From the NCBI GenBank assembly GCA_038139415.1, contig JAYOSV010000012.1, forward strand, positions 1 to 64,000: a stretch of 64,000 nt of DNA, given 5' to 3'. The notes below the pieces were generated by a model. The model worked only from the letters and a program-made list of their open reading frames with translations. It was not told where the DNA came from and did no database searches. A program made the position numbers and the translations under genes. This DNA is from Verrucomicrobiales bacterium (GTDB lineage: Bacteria; Verrucomicrobiota; Verrucomicrobiia; Limisphaerales; UBA1100). Positions 7,731-16,619 of this stretch are shown here, piece by piece. Numbering within the stretch: position 1 is the stretch's first letter; the number at the start of each line of letters is the position of its first letter.

Positions 7731-10055
7731 TTATTTGCCGAGTTTGTCGCCGAGGATCGTGCTCGCCAACTCGCTGCCAATTTCCGTGCCGCGCACAGCC
7801 TTTTCGGCCGCCCGCATTAGGCCGCGAAGCGAGTTGTCTTCGGTCTTGGATACCATGGAAGCCAACAACGCGGAGATAGTGAGATTCTTCACATCCTCAC
7901 TCTTCAGGCCAGATGCCTTGATCCAGCCGGCCAATTTATTTTTCAGATGATCCGGGTCGCCGTTGAAGAAGGTGTTCTTCACGTCAGTGATGGTCTGGCT
8001 GTTATCGACCAGGCGATCGACTACCTTACCTTGGCTCACGGAGGAGACCACACGGTTGAAGAAGTCCTGCTCGCCGCCCACCAGATCGATGTTTGCGCTC
8101 TTGAGCGCCTCGCCCAACACGCGGGCCTGAGCATCGGCAATATCCTTCTTGATATTGATATCGGCCAACTCCACATCCTTGTCCTTGTCCAATTGCAGAC
8201 GGAATTCCTCGTGGTCCTGCGAAGCCTTGTTGAACAGCTCGATAGCCTTGGCCATCTCGGTTTTGGCCAACGCCTCGGCGAGGCCCAACTTCTCGGCGCC
8301 CTGCGCCTCGGCCAGACGGATCGCTTCCACGGATTTACCCTCGGCCACACCCTTCGATTCGATGGCCACACCTTCCGCAGTGCCCTTGGCAGCGATGCCT
8401 TTCGCTTCGCCCTCGCCTTCGGCAGCCCTGGCTTTACCAGAAGCTTGGCCCTGTGCCTCAATCACGGCGGCTTCAGCTAAACCCAAGGCCTTCTCGGCAT
8501 CGGCATCGACCGTCTTAGCCTCGGCCTTGGCCTTCATCACATTGGCCTCGGCATAACCGGCAGCTGCCTGCATGGCTGCCGTTCCTTCGGCTTCCTGTTG
8601 CATGGCGTGGTTGCGTTTCTCACTCGCCTTGGCTTCCGCATCGGCAGTGATTTGAATTTGCTCGGCCGTTTGCTCGGCTTCCAGCTTGTCGGCTTCCGCC
8701 TTAGTCACATCCTCGTACTTGAGGGCATCAGCTTTCTTTTGACGTACATCATAATCGGCTTGCGCGGCAATGAGGTCGCGTTTTTGGTCCGCTTCGGCGC
8801 GGGCCTCGGCCTCGATGTTCAACACGCGGCGCGCCCGTTCGGCGCTCATGTCCGCCTCCACATCCAGTCGTTGCTGGTGCTGGGTGGTCACTTCCTTTTC
8901 CTTGGCCTCCAAACCGGCCTTGCTCTCGGCAACGCCAAACGCGGCGGCGATGATGGCCGCTTCCTTCTCTTGCGTCGATAACCCCACACGGCGTTCACGA
9001 TCGACCTCAGCTTGCTGACCGGATTCCTTTTTCTCCTCCTCAAGTCGCAGCAAATCCTTGTCCAAATTCACGCGTGCTTCCTGCACCGATCGATCCTTTT
9101 GCACCGTGCGAACTTCCACATCCTCTTCAGTGCTCAACCGGGCATTCTCGGATTCTTTCCGTGCCTCCTGAACGCTCTTTTCAGTTATGGCAGACTCTTC
9201 CGCCTTGGTCACCTCCACCTCACGAGTTTGTGCAGCCAAGTGCTGCTCGTTTGTCCGATCCAATTCGCGCTGAGCAACCTCTGTCTCAATATCCTTGTTC
9301 TTGATCTGCAGCTCCATGTTCCGGTTCTGCTCATTGATTGTCTCTTGCTTGGCGGTATTCTGCTTGTTGATCTCTTCGTCCCTTTGAACTTTGCGCTGGT
9401 TCTCTTTCTCCTCCATTTGAGCAGTCAACTCCACAATCTTTGCCCGACCTACGGAGTCCAGCACGTTATTGGGGTCATGAGCATCCAATGGGGTTTGCTC
9501 GAGGTAATCAATCGCCACGTCCTCCAGCGTATAACCGTTTAGATCGCTGCCAATCGTATCGATGATCTCCTGACGGAACGGAATACGATCGGTGTACAGC
9601 TTCTCGAACTGCATCTTCTTACCGGCCGACTTGAGTGCCTCGGAGAACTTCGCCTCAAACAACTGCTTGAGCAGCTCAATTTCCGATGCCCGCTCGCAAC
9701 CCACCTGTGTCGCAACGGTTTTGATATCGTGAAAATCAGCTTTTTTCTGGCCATCTATCTTGGTCTTCTCGTCATTCACGCGCACGTAAAAGACCACTTC
9801 AATATCCGCGCGAATGTTATCCTCACAAATCAACCCGTCCTTACCTTTACGGACAACCTCCAACTTTTTCACAGAGAGATCCATGATCTGCAACTGCTGA
9901 AGAATCGGAATACGCAGCATCCAGTCTTTCTTAACCATGATACCACCGAAACCAGTTCGCACGCCGGCCTCACCCGGCTTGATTTTCTTAATAAATAGAA
10001 ACAGACTGATCACGGTGAAAAACAACAAACCAGCGATAATAAGGGCAGGGATCAT
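7731..10055 (-). CDS. Flotillin-family SPFH/band-7 membrane protein (YqiK/FloT-like), unusually long (774 aa)
   Basis: N-terminal TM helix (IIAGLLFFTVISLFLFI). SPFH domain. Long Ala/Glu/Lys-rich coiled coil with EA repeats. Flotillin-type C-terminal region. ATG at 10055 preceded by a strong SD (taggagtattaatATG). Confidence 0.85.
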   Translation of the reverse strand: MIPALIIAGLLFFTVISLFLFIKKIKPGEAGVRTGFGGIMVKKDWMLRIPILQQLQIMDLSVKKLEVVRKGKDGLICEDNIRADIEVVFYVRVNDEKTKIDGQKKADFHDIKTVATQVGCERASEIELLKQLFEAKFSEALKSAGKKMQFEKLYTDRIPFRQEIIDTIGSDLNGYTLEDVAIDYLEQTPLDAHDPNNVLDSVGRAKIVELTAQMEEKENQRKVQRDEEINKQNTAKQETINEQNRNMELQIKNKDIETEVAQRELDRTNEQHLAAQTREVEVTKAEESAITEKSVQEARKESENARLSTEEDVEVRTVQKDRSVQEARVNLDKDLLRLEEEKKESGQQAEVDRERRVGLSTQEKEAAIIAAAFGVAESKAGLEAKEKEVTTQHQQRLDVEADMSAERARRVLNIEAEARAEADQKRDLIAAQADYDVRQKKADALKYEDVTKAEADKLEAEQTAEQIQITADAEAKASEKRNHAMQQEAEGTAAMQAAAGYAEANVMKAKAEAKTVDADAEKALGLAEAAVIEAQGQASGKARAAEGEGEAKGIAAKGTAEGVAIESKGVAEGKSVEAIRLAEAQGAEKLGLAEALAKTEMAKAIELFNKASQDHEEFRLQLDKDKDVELADINIKKDIADAQARVLGEALKSANIDLVGGEQDFFNRVVSSVSQGKVVDRLVDNSQTITDVKNTFFNGDPDHLKNKLAGWIKASGLKSEDVKNLTISALLASMVSKTEDNSLRGLMRAAEKAVRGTEIGSELASTILGDKLGK

Positions 10056-10253
10056 ATTAATACTCCTATAGGATATAGTTTAAATCTACACACCAAAACA
10101 CAGGACACCATACGTTGGGGATACTCCGTCCGTCAGGACAGAAAGTGGTGTCATGCGTGGACTATAATCCATTGTGCTCGAAGGGCGCTACTATAATCTT
10201 TGGGAAAGTTTATAATGGGCGAATCGACTTTAGTTTTTTTACGGTTAGCAAAA
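10056..10253. promoter_or_regulatory. Divergent promoter region (flotillin operon leftward; thioredoxin–PDZ gene rightward) with three TATAAT hexamers
   Basis: AT-rich 200-bp intergenic region. TATAAT at 10164-10169, 10193-10198 and 10211-10216. The first two sit in a near-repeat gaCTATAATCc / taCTATAATCt. Confidence 0.3.
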
Positions 10254-11579
10254 ATGAGGCCCTTACCGTACGCTTTCCCCGTGAAATACACTCTCATTCT
10301 CTACGGACTTTGCCTGTCGCTATCCGTCCCGGCAGCCGTGCCCTCCTTACTGGATCGATTAGAGGATGAAAATGCCCGCGGCCAAAACCAATGGATTTAC
10401 AACGACCTTCAGCAGGCTATGGCCAAGGCCCGGAGCACAGGAAAGCCGATCTTTGTCACCTTCCGCTGTGTCCCTTGCAAAGCGTGCAAAGCGTTTGATG
10501 CCGAGGTGGCTAAGGGCAATAATGTGATCCGCGACCTGGCCGGGAAACATTTTATCACCCTACGCCAGGTGGAGATGAAGGGCGTGGATCTCAGTTTGTT
10601 TCAGTTTGATTACGACCTAAACTGGGCCGGTATGTTTATTAACGCCGACGGCGTGGTGTACGCACGCTATGGCACCCAGAGCACCGATGGCCCAGACGCC
10701 TACAATTCCATCGCCGGCCTCAAGAACACCATGGACCGCGTGCTCAAACTGCACGCCGCCTATCCGACCAACAAAGTGCAACTGGCCGGCAAACGCGGCG
10801 CGCCCAAGCCCTATAAGACCGCCATGGAAATGCCCGGCCTCGAAAACAAACAGGCATTCCGGCAAACTACCCATCGCAACAACTGTATTCATTGCCACAA
10901 CATCCATGATGCCGAGAACCACAAACTCCATCTCGAAGGCAAGCTAACTAGGGACAAACTGTGGCGCTATCCCCTACCGGAAAATGTCGGCCTGAATATT
11001 GACGCCGTGGACGGCCAACGCATTGCCAAGGTGTTGAGCGGCAGTGCAGCAGACCGCGCCGGGCTGAAGGCCGGCCAACGCATCACCCACGCCAACGGCC
11101 AACCCATCACCTCCATCGCCGATATCCAATGGGTGCTGCACAACCTCAGTAATAGTAAGGAGACGATCCGGTTCACGGTCGCCGGCAGCAGCCGCGCCCT
11201 TGTGGTGCAAACAGACACTGACTGGAAGAAAACCGATATCTCCTGGCGCGGTTCATTGTGGGCCTTGCATCCACGGATTCGGGTGTATTTCCCTGAAGCT
11301 ACCGCCAATGATCGCCGTCAGCTCAAACTCCCTGCCAACCGCGGCGCGCTCAAGGTGAAATGGATTAATACCGGCAGCAAGGAAGGCCGTGCCGCGCACA
11401 ACGCCGGTCTTCGCCTGAACGATTACGTGATTGGCATCGCCGGCAAACCGTTTGATCCCACCATCAATCATCGCAAATTCAACCTGCACGTGAAGATGAA
11501 TTACAAGTCCGGCCAGAAGCTGCCGCTGGATTTAATTCGGAACGGTCGCAAAATGCGGCTGGATTTACCGCTGCAATAG
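10254..11579 (+). CDS. Secreted thioredoxin-like (CxxC) protein with PDZ domain(s)
   Basis: Signal peptide MRPLPYAFPVKYTLILYGLCLSLSVPAAV. Thioredoxin-fold motif FVTFRCVPCKAC. PDZ-like regions (GLNIDAVDGQRIAKVLSGSAADRAGLKAGQRI; GALKVKWINTGSKEGRAAHNAGLRLNDYVIGIAG). The start is chosen at the ATG at 10254 rather than the track's TTG at 10200. Confidence 0.7.
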   Translation: MRPLPYAFPVKYTLILYGLCLSLSVPAAVPSLLDRLEDENARGQNQWIYNDLQQAMAKARSTGKPIFVTFRCVPCKACKAFDAEVAKGNNVIRDLAGKHFITLRQVEMKGVDLSLFQFDYDLNWAGMFINADGVVYARYGTQSTDGPDAYNSIAGLKNTMDRVLKLHAAYPTNKVQLAGKRGAPKPYKTAMEMPGLENKQAFRQTTHRNNCIHCHNIHDAENHKLHLEGKLTRDKLWRYPLPENVGLNIDAVDGQRIAKVLSGSAADRAGLKAGQRITHANGQPITSIADIQWVLHNLSNSKETIRFTVAGSSRALVVQTDTDWKKTDISWRGSLWALHPRIRVYFPEATANDRRQLKLPANRGALKVKWINTGSKEGRAAHNAGLRLNDYVIGIAGKPFDPTINHRKFNLHVKMNYKSGQKLPLDLIRNGRKMRLDLPLQ

Positions 11580-11593
11580 ATCATCCTGCCCAC

Positions 11594-12484
11594 ATGAACA
11601 GGACCCATCCATTTTTGAGCTGTCTCCTACCGTGGCTTGCTATTTTATGGGGAACCCACCTGCAGGCCGCGGAGCCTTTGTTTCGGTTTGGCGCGATCGC
11701 GGATTGCCAATATTGCGACCAGACCAGTGGCACCCGGAAATACAGTGAGTCCCCGCGCAAACTTCGTGAGTGCGTGACGCACTACAACAAAATGGACCTC
11801 GCTTTCGTGGTGCACCTCGGCGATTTCATCGACCGAGACTTTTCCAGCTTCGATGTGGTAGGCCCCATCTTCAACAAGCTCCGGGCCCCACGCTATCATG
11901 TATTGGGCAATCATGATTTTTCCGTGGCCGACGACAAAAAAGCCCTCGTGCCCAAGCGTATGGGTCTCAAAAACCGTTACTATGAGTTCATCCATAAAGG
12001 CTGGCGCTTTATTGTGCTCGATGGCAATGACATCAGTACCTACGCCTATCCCGCCAATGACCCACGCACGGCGGAGGCCAAGGCCTTCCATCGGCGGCTT
12101 CAAGCTGGCACTCCAGCTTGGAACGGCGGCCTTGGAAAAACTCAGCTAGCCTGGTTGAAAACCAAACTAGAGGCCGCCACCAAGGCCCAGGAGCGCGTAA
12201 TCCTCTTTTGCCATTTCCCGGTGCACCCACCCAATAACCACAACCTCTGGAATGCCAAAACCCTCACCGGATTACTCGCAGAATATCCCTGTGTCGCGGC
12301 CTATTTAAATGGCCACAACCACAAAGGTAATTACGGGCAACTGACCGGAATCCATTTCCTTACTCTTAAGGGAATGGTGGATACCCAAACCACGGCCTAC
12401 AGCGTGATCGAGGTGCACAAGGATCGGCTTGAGCTGAAAGGATTCGGCCGGCAACAGGGCCGCACGTTTTCCTTGAAACGCTAA
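11594..12484 (+). CDS. Calcineurin-like metallophosphoesterase (secreted)
   Basis: Signal peptide. Motifs GDFID, GNHD and GHNH, typical of the metallophosphatase superfamily. Confidence 0.8.
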   Translation: MNRTHPFLSCLLPWLAILWGTHLQAAEPLFRFGAIADCQYCDQTSGTRKYSESPRKLRECVTHYNKMDLAFVVHLGDFIDRDFSSFDVVGPIFNKLRAPRYHVLGNHDFSVADDKKALVPKRMGLKNRYYEFIHKGWRFIVLDGNDISTYAYPANDPRTAEAKAFHRRLQAGTPAWNGGLGKTQLAWLKTKLEAATKAQERVILFCHFPVHPPNNHNLWNAKTLTGLLAEYPCVAAYLNGHNHKGNYGQLTGIHFLTLKGMVDTQTTAYSVIEVHKDRLELKGFGRQQGRTFSLKR

Positions 12485-12486
12485 TC

Positions 12487-14124
12487 TCAATTCCACGCCG
12501 GCTTGTGAATATGCGGCCGGATGCGGATCACAAAGAGCGCCATGGTCAACACGGCCACCAGCACCACGAGATAAAAGATCTCCTGCGCGCCCACGCCCAA
12601 GTTGCGCAACAGATAGAACAGGCCAATGCCACCGACTTCCAGCACGGCATCAATGGCGTTGGAAGCAGCAATGTACTGACCTCGTGAATCCATTGGCGAC
12701 AGTTTTTGCAGCAAAGCCTGCAATGGCGTCACGTACAAACCCGCACTGGCTCCGACAACGAAGAGGCATCCCACCACAAACCAAAGATCGTTCCGGCGCG
12801 ATTCCACAGGCACGGCCACCAAGCCAGTCGGTTTCTCGCTGTCACTCTCGGTGAGATGATAAAATTCAGTGCCGTTGCTGTCCTTTTCCGGTGACACTTT
12901 TCGGTTCCGGAAGGTGTCCAGATAAGCCGAGGAAATCACCATGGCCTGATATTGACCGTCCTGCACATCCTGCAGGCGTTGATCAAGCGCAATGCCCTCC
13001 TTGTGGAGCTGCAGGTCGCCGCGCACTTCAGTAAGCCGTTCCTTGGAGCGTTCCAGATAATAACTCACCTTCGCCCCTTCCGGCAGACCGGCCAATCCCT
13101 GAGCCGCTCGTTGTTCATCGGCCGAATGGATTACCACATAACTGGACGGTGCCAGCGCGAGCAACAATCCCGCTACGCCAAACCCAATGCCTCCGGCCAG
13201 AATCAGGCGCGGTTGAATACCGCCTCTGGAAATGATGCCCGCAAATACGCTCCCCACCGCGATGGACACGCCAATGGTGCCAAACAGATACATGCTCACT
13301 TTCTTTTCGGAAATGCCCAACACCAGCGTGTAATCCGCCAGAATAAGCATCACCAGATAAGCCAGCAGATAAAACATCGCCTTTAGAACACACACGACCA
13401 AGATGGGTGTCTCGCCGCCGAGCATTTTGCGGATGGTTTGGATATAGGGCGCGAAAAAATCCCACTGCATCTTCATGCGCGGCGCACTAGCTGGAAGTGT
13501 CGGCATTTGTTTCGCCGACAACAAACCAAGTACCGCGAAGATCAACAGTGCCACGCCAGGCAGCCAGAGCTTGCCGTCCGGCGCACCATCGGCCGCGGAG
13601 CCTCGATAGGCCTCGTACAACGCACCGCCCACCACCACGGCAAGGATGGCCGCCACGTTGGTGAGCATGATGATGGTGGCGTTGGCCATGCTGATTTTGG
13701 AATCCGCCACCAATTCGGGGATCACCCCGTACTTGGCCGGCCCAAAGAATGCACTCTGGGTCCCGAGCAAAAACATCGCCAGCAACGCCAACCAAACGTT
13801 GTTAAAATAAAAGCCAGCGAACGCCACCACCACGATCAGGAACTCCGCCTGTTTTACCCGCAGGGTCACCAGCTGTTTACTGTAACGATCTGCCAACTGT
13901 CCGGCGATGGCGCCAAACAAGAGAAACGGCATCACCAGCGCTATGGCCACCCAGCTATGACCTCCCTCCCCCAGCACGCCACTCCACACGCCGGCCGCGG
14001 CCAAGCCAAAGGTGAGCACCTGCTTCAGCAGGTTGTCATTTACCACGCCAAAGAATTGGGTGATGACCAGCGACAAGAATCCGCGATTGGCCAGCGGACG
14101 GGATGGATTGTCGGCGTCACTCAT
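12487..14124 (-). CDS. MFS transporter, lysophospholipid transporter LplT-like, with a ~110-aa cytoplasmic insertion
   Basis: 12-TM MFS architecture. Immediately downstream of a PlsC-family acyltransferase, matching the Aas/LplT arrangement. Hydrophilic insert LAPSSYVVIHSADEQRAAQ...RRNDLWF between TM bundles. Confidence 0.65.
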   Translation of the reverse strand: MSDADNPSRPLANRGFLSLVITQFFGVVNDNLLKQVLTFGLAAAGVWSGVLGEGGHSWVAIALVMPFLLFGAIAGQLADRYSKQLVTLRVKQAEFLIVVVAFAGFYFNNVWLALLAMFLLGTQSAFFGPAKYGVIPELVADSKISMANATIIMLTNVAAILAVVVGGALYEAYRGSAADGAPDGKLWLPGVALLIFAVLGLLSAKQMPTLPASAPRMKMQWDFFAPYIQTIRKMLGGETPILVVCVLKAMFYLLAYLVMLILADYTLVLGISEKKVSMYLFGTIGVSIAVGSVFAGIISRGGIQPRLILAGGIGFGVAGLLLALAPSSYVVIHSADEQRAAQGLAGLPEGAKVSYYLERSKERLTEVRGDLQLHKEGIALDQRLQDVQDGQYQAMVISSAYLDTFRNRKVSPEKDSNGTEFYHLTESDSEKPTGLVAVPVESRRNDLWFVVGCLFVVGASAGLYVTPLQALLQKLSPMDSRGQYIAASNAIDAVLEVGGIGLFYLLRNLGVGAQEIFYLVVLVAVLTMALFVIRIRPHIHKPAWN

Positions 14125-14200
14125 GCGCGGGCGACAGTAACGGCTCCGGCATGAAGCATCTAATTGATTCGGGGAGAGTAACCATCAATTCAGTCGATAC

Positions 14201-15442
14201 TTAAAAGGACTCTCCACCCGGGTGAGAATTGTGGGCATTTATGTGATCCAGACCTGCCTGCACCCCGGCCTCGAATTGATCGGTCAAAGCCGCCATGGCC
14301 AGACGCGGCTTGGCGGCCGCCGCTAGTTGTTCGGACACACAAATCAGATCGCCAAAGCGGACGGTCACCGCGCGATCCGCATAGGCCGGAAACGCCCGCG
14401 AGTACAGGTCCTCCCGCATTTTCTCGATCGTTTCCCCCACTCGATCGAGCGTGGGTTTTTCACTGAGATAATTACCTGCATAGCTGAGAATCCGAAATGC
14501 AATGATCGCTTCATCGGCCCAACCGGCCGCGACCGCGTGATCAATCTCTCGATCCGGATCGGAACGCACCTTGTGAATCTCGCGACGTACGGCGCGGATG
14601 CGATCCATTAGGTCGTCGTCCTCATTGGTGTTCAACCCCATCTTCGCCTCAAGTTGATTCAAAATCTGTCGGGCGCATTGCTGTAGAAGCTTGGGCAGAT
14701 CGCTATAATCCGGATTCGGCGGCAGGAACCCACGCTGAGAAAGGTTACGTCGGATCATCGCCACGCCCACGGAATGCACCTGGGGAACGATACCATCTTC
14801 ACCGGAAATCTCTACCCCGAGCTGCTCAGCCATGTGATCTAGCGTCTCCCGCAAAGTCACCCTAGCATCGGTGGTGTGAGTAGCCTTAATTGAAACTGGT
14901 ACGGCAAAAATCCGACCGGCATCCTTCATCCCCTGTTGCGCCTTCATCGCGATGTACGCCGGACCTTCCAGAAACGGCGTCACGCGGTCGTTCATGAAAT
15001 ACACGTTACCCTCGGGAAATACCGTGAGCGCGTATCGGCCATCAATCACCGTGGCAATAGCGTCCTTCATGGACCGCCGATCACTCCCATCTCGATTGAC
15101 CGAGAAAGCCCCCATGCGCTGCATCATCCATCCCTGCGCCCGATTGCGCAGAAATACATCGTACGCTGCCATGAAAATGGACCACACCCCGACCTGCCGA
15201 CAGGCCTCAGCCATAATCATTGGATCACTATGCGTAGAATGGTTCGGCAACAACACCACCCGCGCGCCGTGTTCGCGCTGAATATTCTGCAACGGCCCGG
15301 CATTCTCCACCGTCACCGATTGGATCCGATGCTCCGGCCCTGCTAACAGATATCTCCGAGACCACCACTCCCCCAGCCAAGCAATCAGCCGGTTGGGTTT
15401 GGGCGGGAAATATTCGTAAGGCTGGTCGCTAAACTGCAGCAT
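14201..15442 (-). CDS. PlsC-family lysophospholipid acyltransferase (Aas-like) with C-terminal extension
   Basis: HxxxxD acyltransferase motif NHSTHSDP. FPEG motif (VFPEGNVY). 413 aa, so roughly 200 extra C-terminal residues. Confidence 0.7.
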   Translation of the reverse strand: MLQFSDQPYEYFPPKPNRLIAWLGEWWSRRYLLAGPEHRIQSVTVENAGPLQNIQREHGARVVLLPNHSTHSDPMIMAEACRQVGVWSIFMAAYDVFLRNRAQGWMMQRMGAFSVNRDGSDRRSMKDAIATVIDGRYALTVFPEGNVYFMNDRVTPFLEGPAYIAMKAQQGMKDAGRIFAVPVSIKATHTTDARVTLRETLDHMAEQLGVEISGEDGIVPQVHSVGVAMIRRNLSQRGFLPPNPDYSDLPKLLQQCARQILNQLEAKMGLNTNEDDDLMDRIRAVRREIHKVRSDPDREIDHAVAAGWADEAIIAFRILSYAGNYLSEKPTLDRVGETIEKMREDLYSRAFPAYADRAVTVRFGDLICVSEQLAAAAKPRLAMAALTDQFEAGVQAGLDHINAHNSHPGGESF

Positions 15443-15616
15443 GCAGTGAAAGAACCCTACAAAAAAACGGACGATATCTCAAGACATCGCCCGTAATAAT
15501 TAGGGATTTAACTCCTAGCCCTTCAAGGCCTTCGGCGATCCGACTGCGGTAGCCGCCGTGGCCAGTGTCCGTTGAAGGAATGTGCGTCGATTCATGTATC
15601 TTTAAGTTGAGTTAAA

Positions 15617-16555
15617 TTAGTTTAATTTCACGCCATAAAATGCAGCAGCGTTTTTCCAGAACAGCTTCTCCAGAACCGCCCGTCCTTTGGGCGCAAAATA
15701 ATCCTGAATGATCGCCAACTGCTCGTGGTATTCGCCGCCACGATCGGTCACCGGCCAGTTACTGCCGTAGATCACGCGATCCTCGCCAAACGCCTCGTAC
15801 ACCACCTCGAAGATCGGCGCGTAATAGGCCACCTCCTTGGGAGCCGGCATCCGGCCGCTGCGCTGGAAAATCCCGCTCACCTTACAACTCACATTCGCGT
15901 GCGCCGCGGTGGCCTTCACCTCAGCCGCCCAATCAGCCTTGGCCGGTTCGCCCGTGATGGTCAGGCCCGTGAGATGGTTCACCAGAATTTTCAAATTCGG
16001 CAAGCGCTCGGCAATTTGCCGAACATCGGCCAGTGTAAAATTGGCCATCAACACGTCCAGCGTGAGCCCCTTGTCCGAAAGCTGTTTCAGATCGCGCCAG
16101 ACTGCGTCGGTAAAGCCCTCGACGCCCTCCGGGAAACTCCGCAAGCGAATGCCCACATAACGTGAATCTTCAGCCAACCGGTTCAACTCCGCGGCAAAGG
16201 CATCCGTGCCCACGGGAAGATTCCCTACGACTCCCACGTAATGGCTGGGATTATGCGCCACCAAATCAAGGATCCATTGATTATCGGGCACCCGGTCACT
16301 GGCCTCCACAATCACCGTGGCCTTCACGCCATTGGCGCGGGTGACCGGGTCAAAATGCTCAGGCAATACCGGCCGGTATAACACCTGATCATCCTTCGGT
16401 GGCCACGGCACACCGTCAGCGCGCGAGGTATCGTACAAATGAATGTGCGTATCAATCACCGGAATATCGCCGGTCACCCCCGGTTGCGTGGTGCAACACC
16501 CCATGAAATTCAAAGCCGCAACAACGCACCCCAGCAAAACAGTCCATAAACGCAT
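15617..16555 (-). CDS. Amidohydrolase-2 family metal-dependent hydrolase (TIM barrel), secreted/lipoprotein
   Basis: IDTHIHLYD metal-binding start, then the pattern typical of the amidohydrolase_2 family. The ORF-track N-terminal 74 aa (Arg/Trp/Cys-rich) are rejected. The start is set at MRLWTVLLGCVVAALNFMGC (signal/lipobox). Confidence 0.7.
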   Translation of the reverse strand: MRLWTVLLGCVVAALNFMGCCTTQPGVTGDIPVIDTHIHLYDTSRADGVPWPPKDDQVLYRPVLPEHFDPVTRANGVKATVIVEASDRVPDNQWILDLVAHNPSHYVGVVGNLPVGTDAFAAELNRLAEDSRYVGIRLRSFPEGVEGFTDAVWRDLKQLSDKGLTLDVLMANFTLADVRQIAERLPNLKILVNHLTGLTITGEPAKADWAAEVKATAAHANVSCKVSGIFQRSGRMPAPKEVAYYAPIFEVVYEAFGEDRVIYGSNWPVTDRGGEYHEQLAIIQDYFAPKGRAVLEKLFWKNAAAFYGVKLN

Positions 16556-16619
16556 GCCCGACTTTCCAACGGCCCCACCCAGATGTCCACTAGAATTGTG
16601 AAGTGAGATCCCCCTCACC

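Noticed and set aside
7947-9542. Plus-strand ORFs (7947-8480, 8598-8981, 9012-9542) and the minus-strand ORF 8036-8461 within the flotillin gene
   Set aside because: Antisense or alternate-frame artefacts of the Ala/Glu-rich coiled-coil coding region. They have Arg/Pro/Ser/Leu-rich compositions typical of wrong-frame GC-rich sequence.
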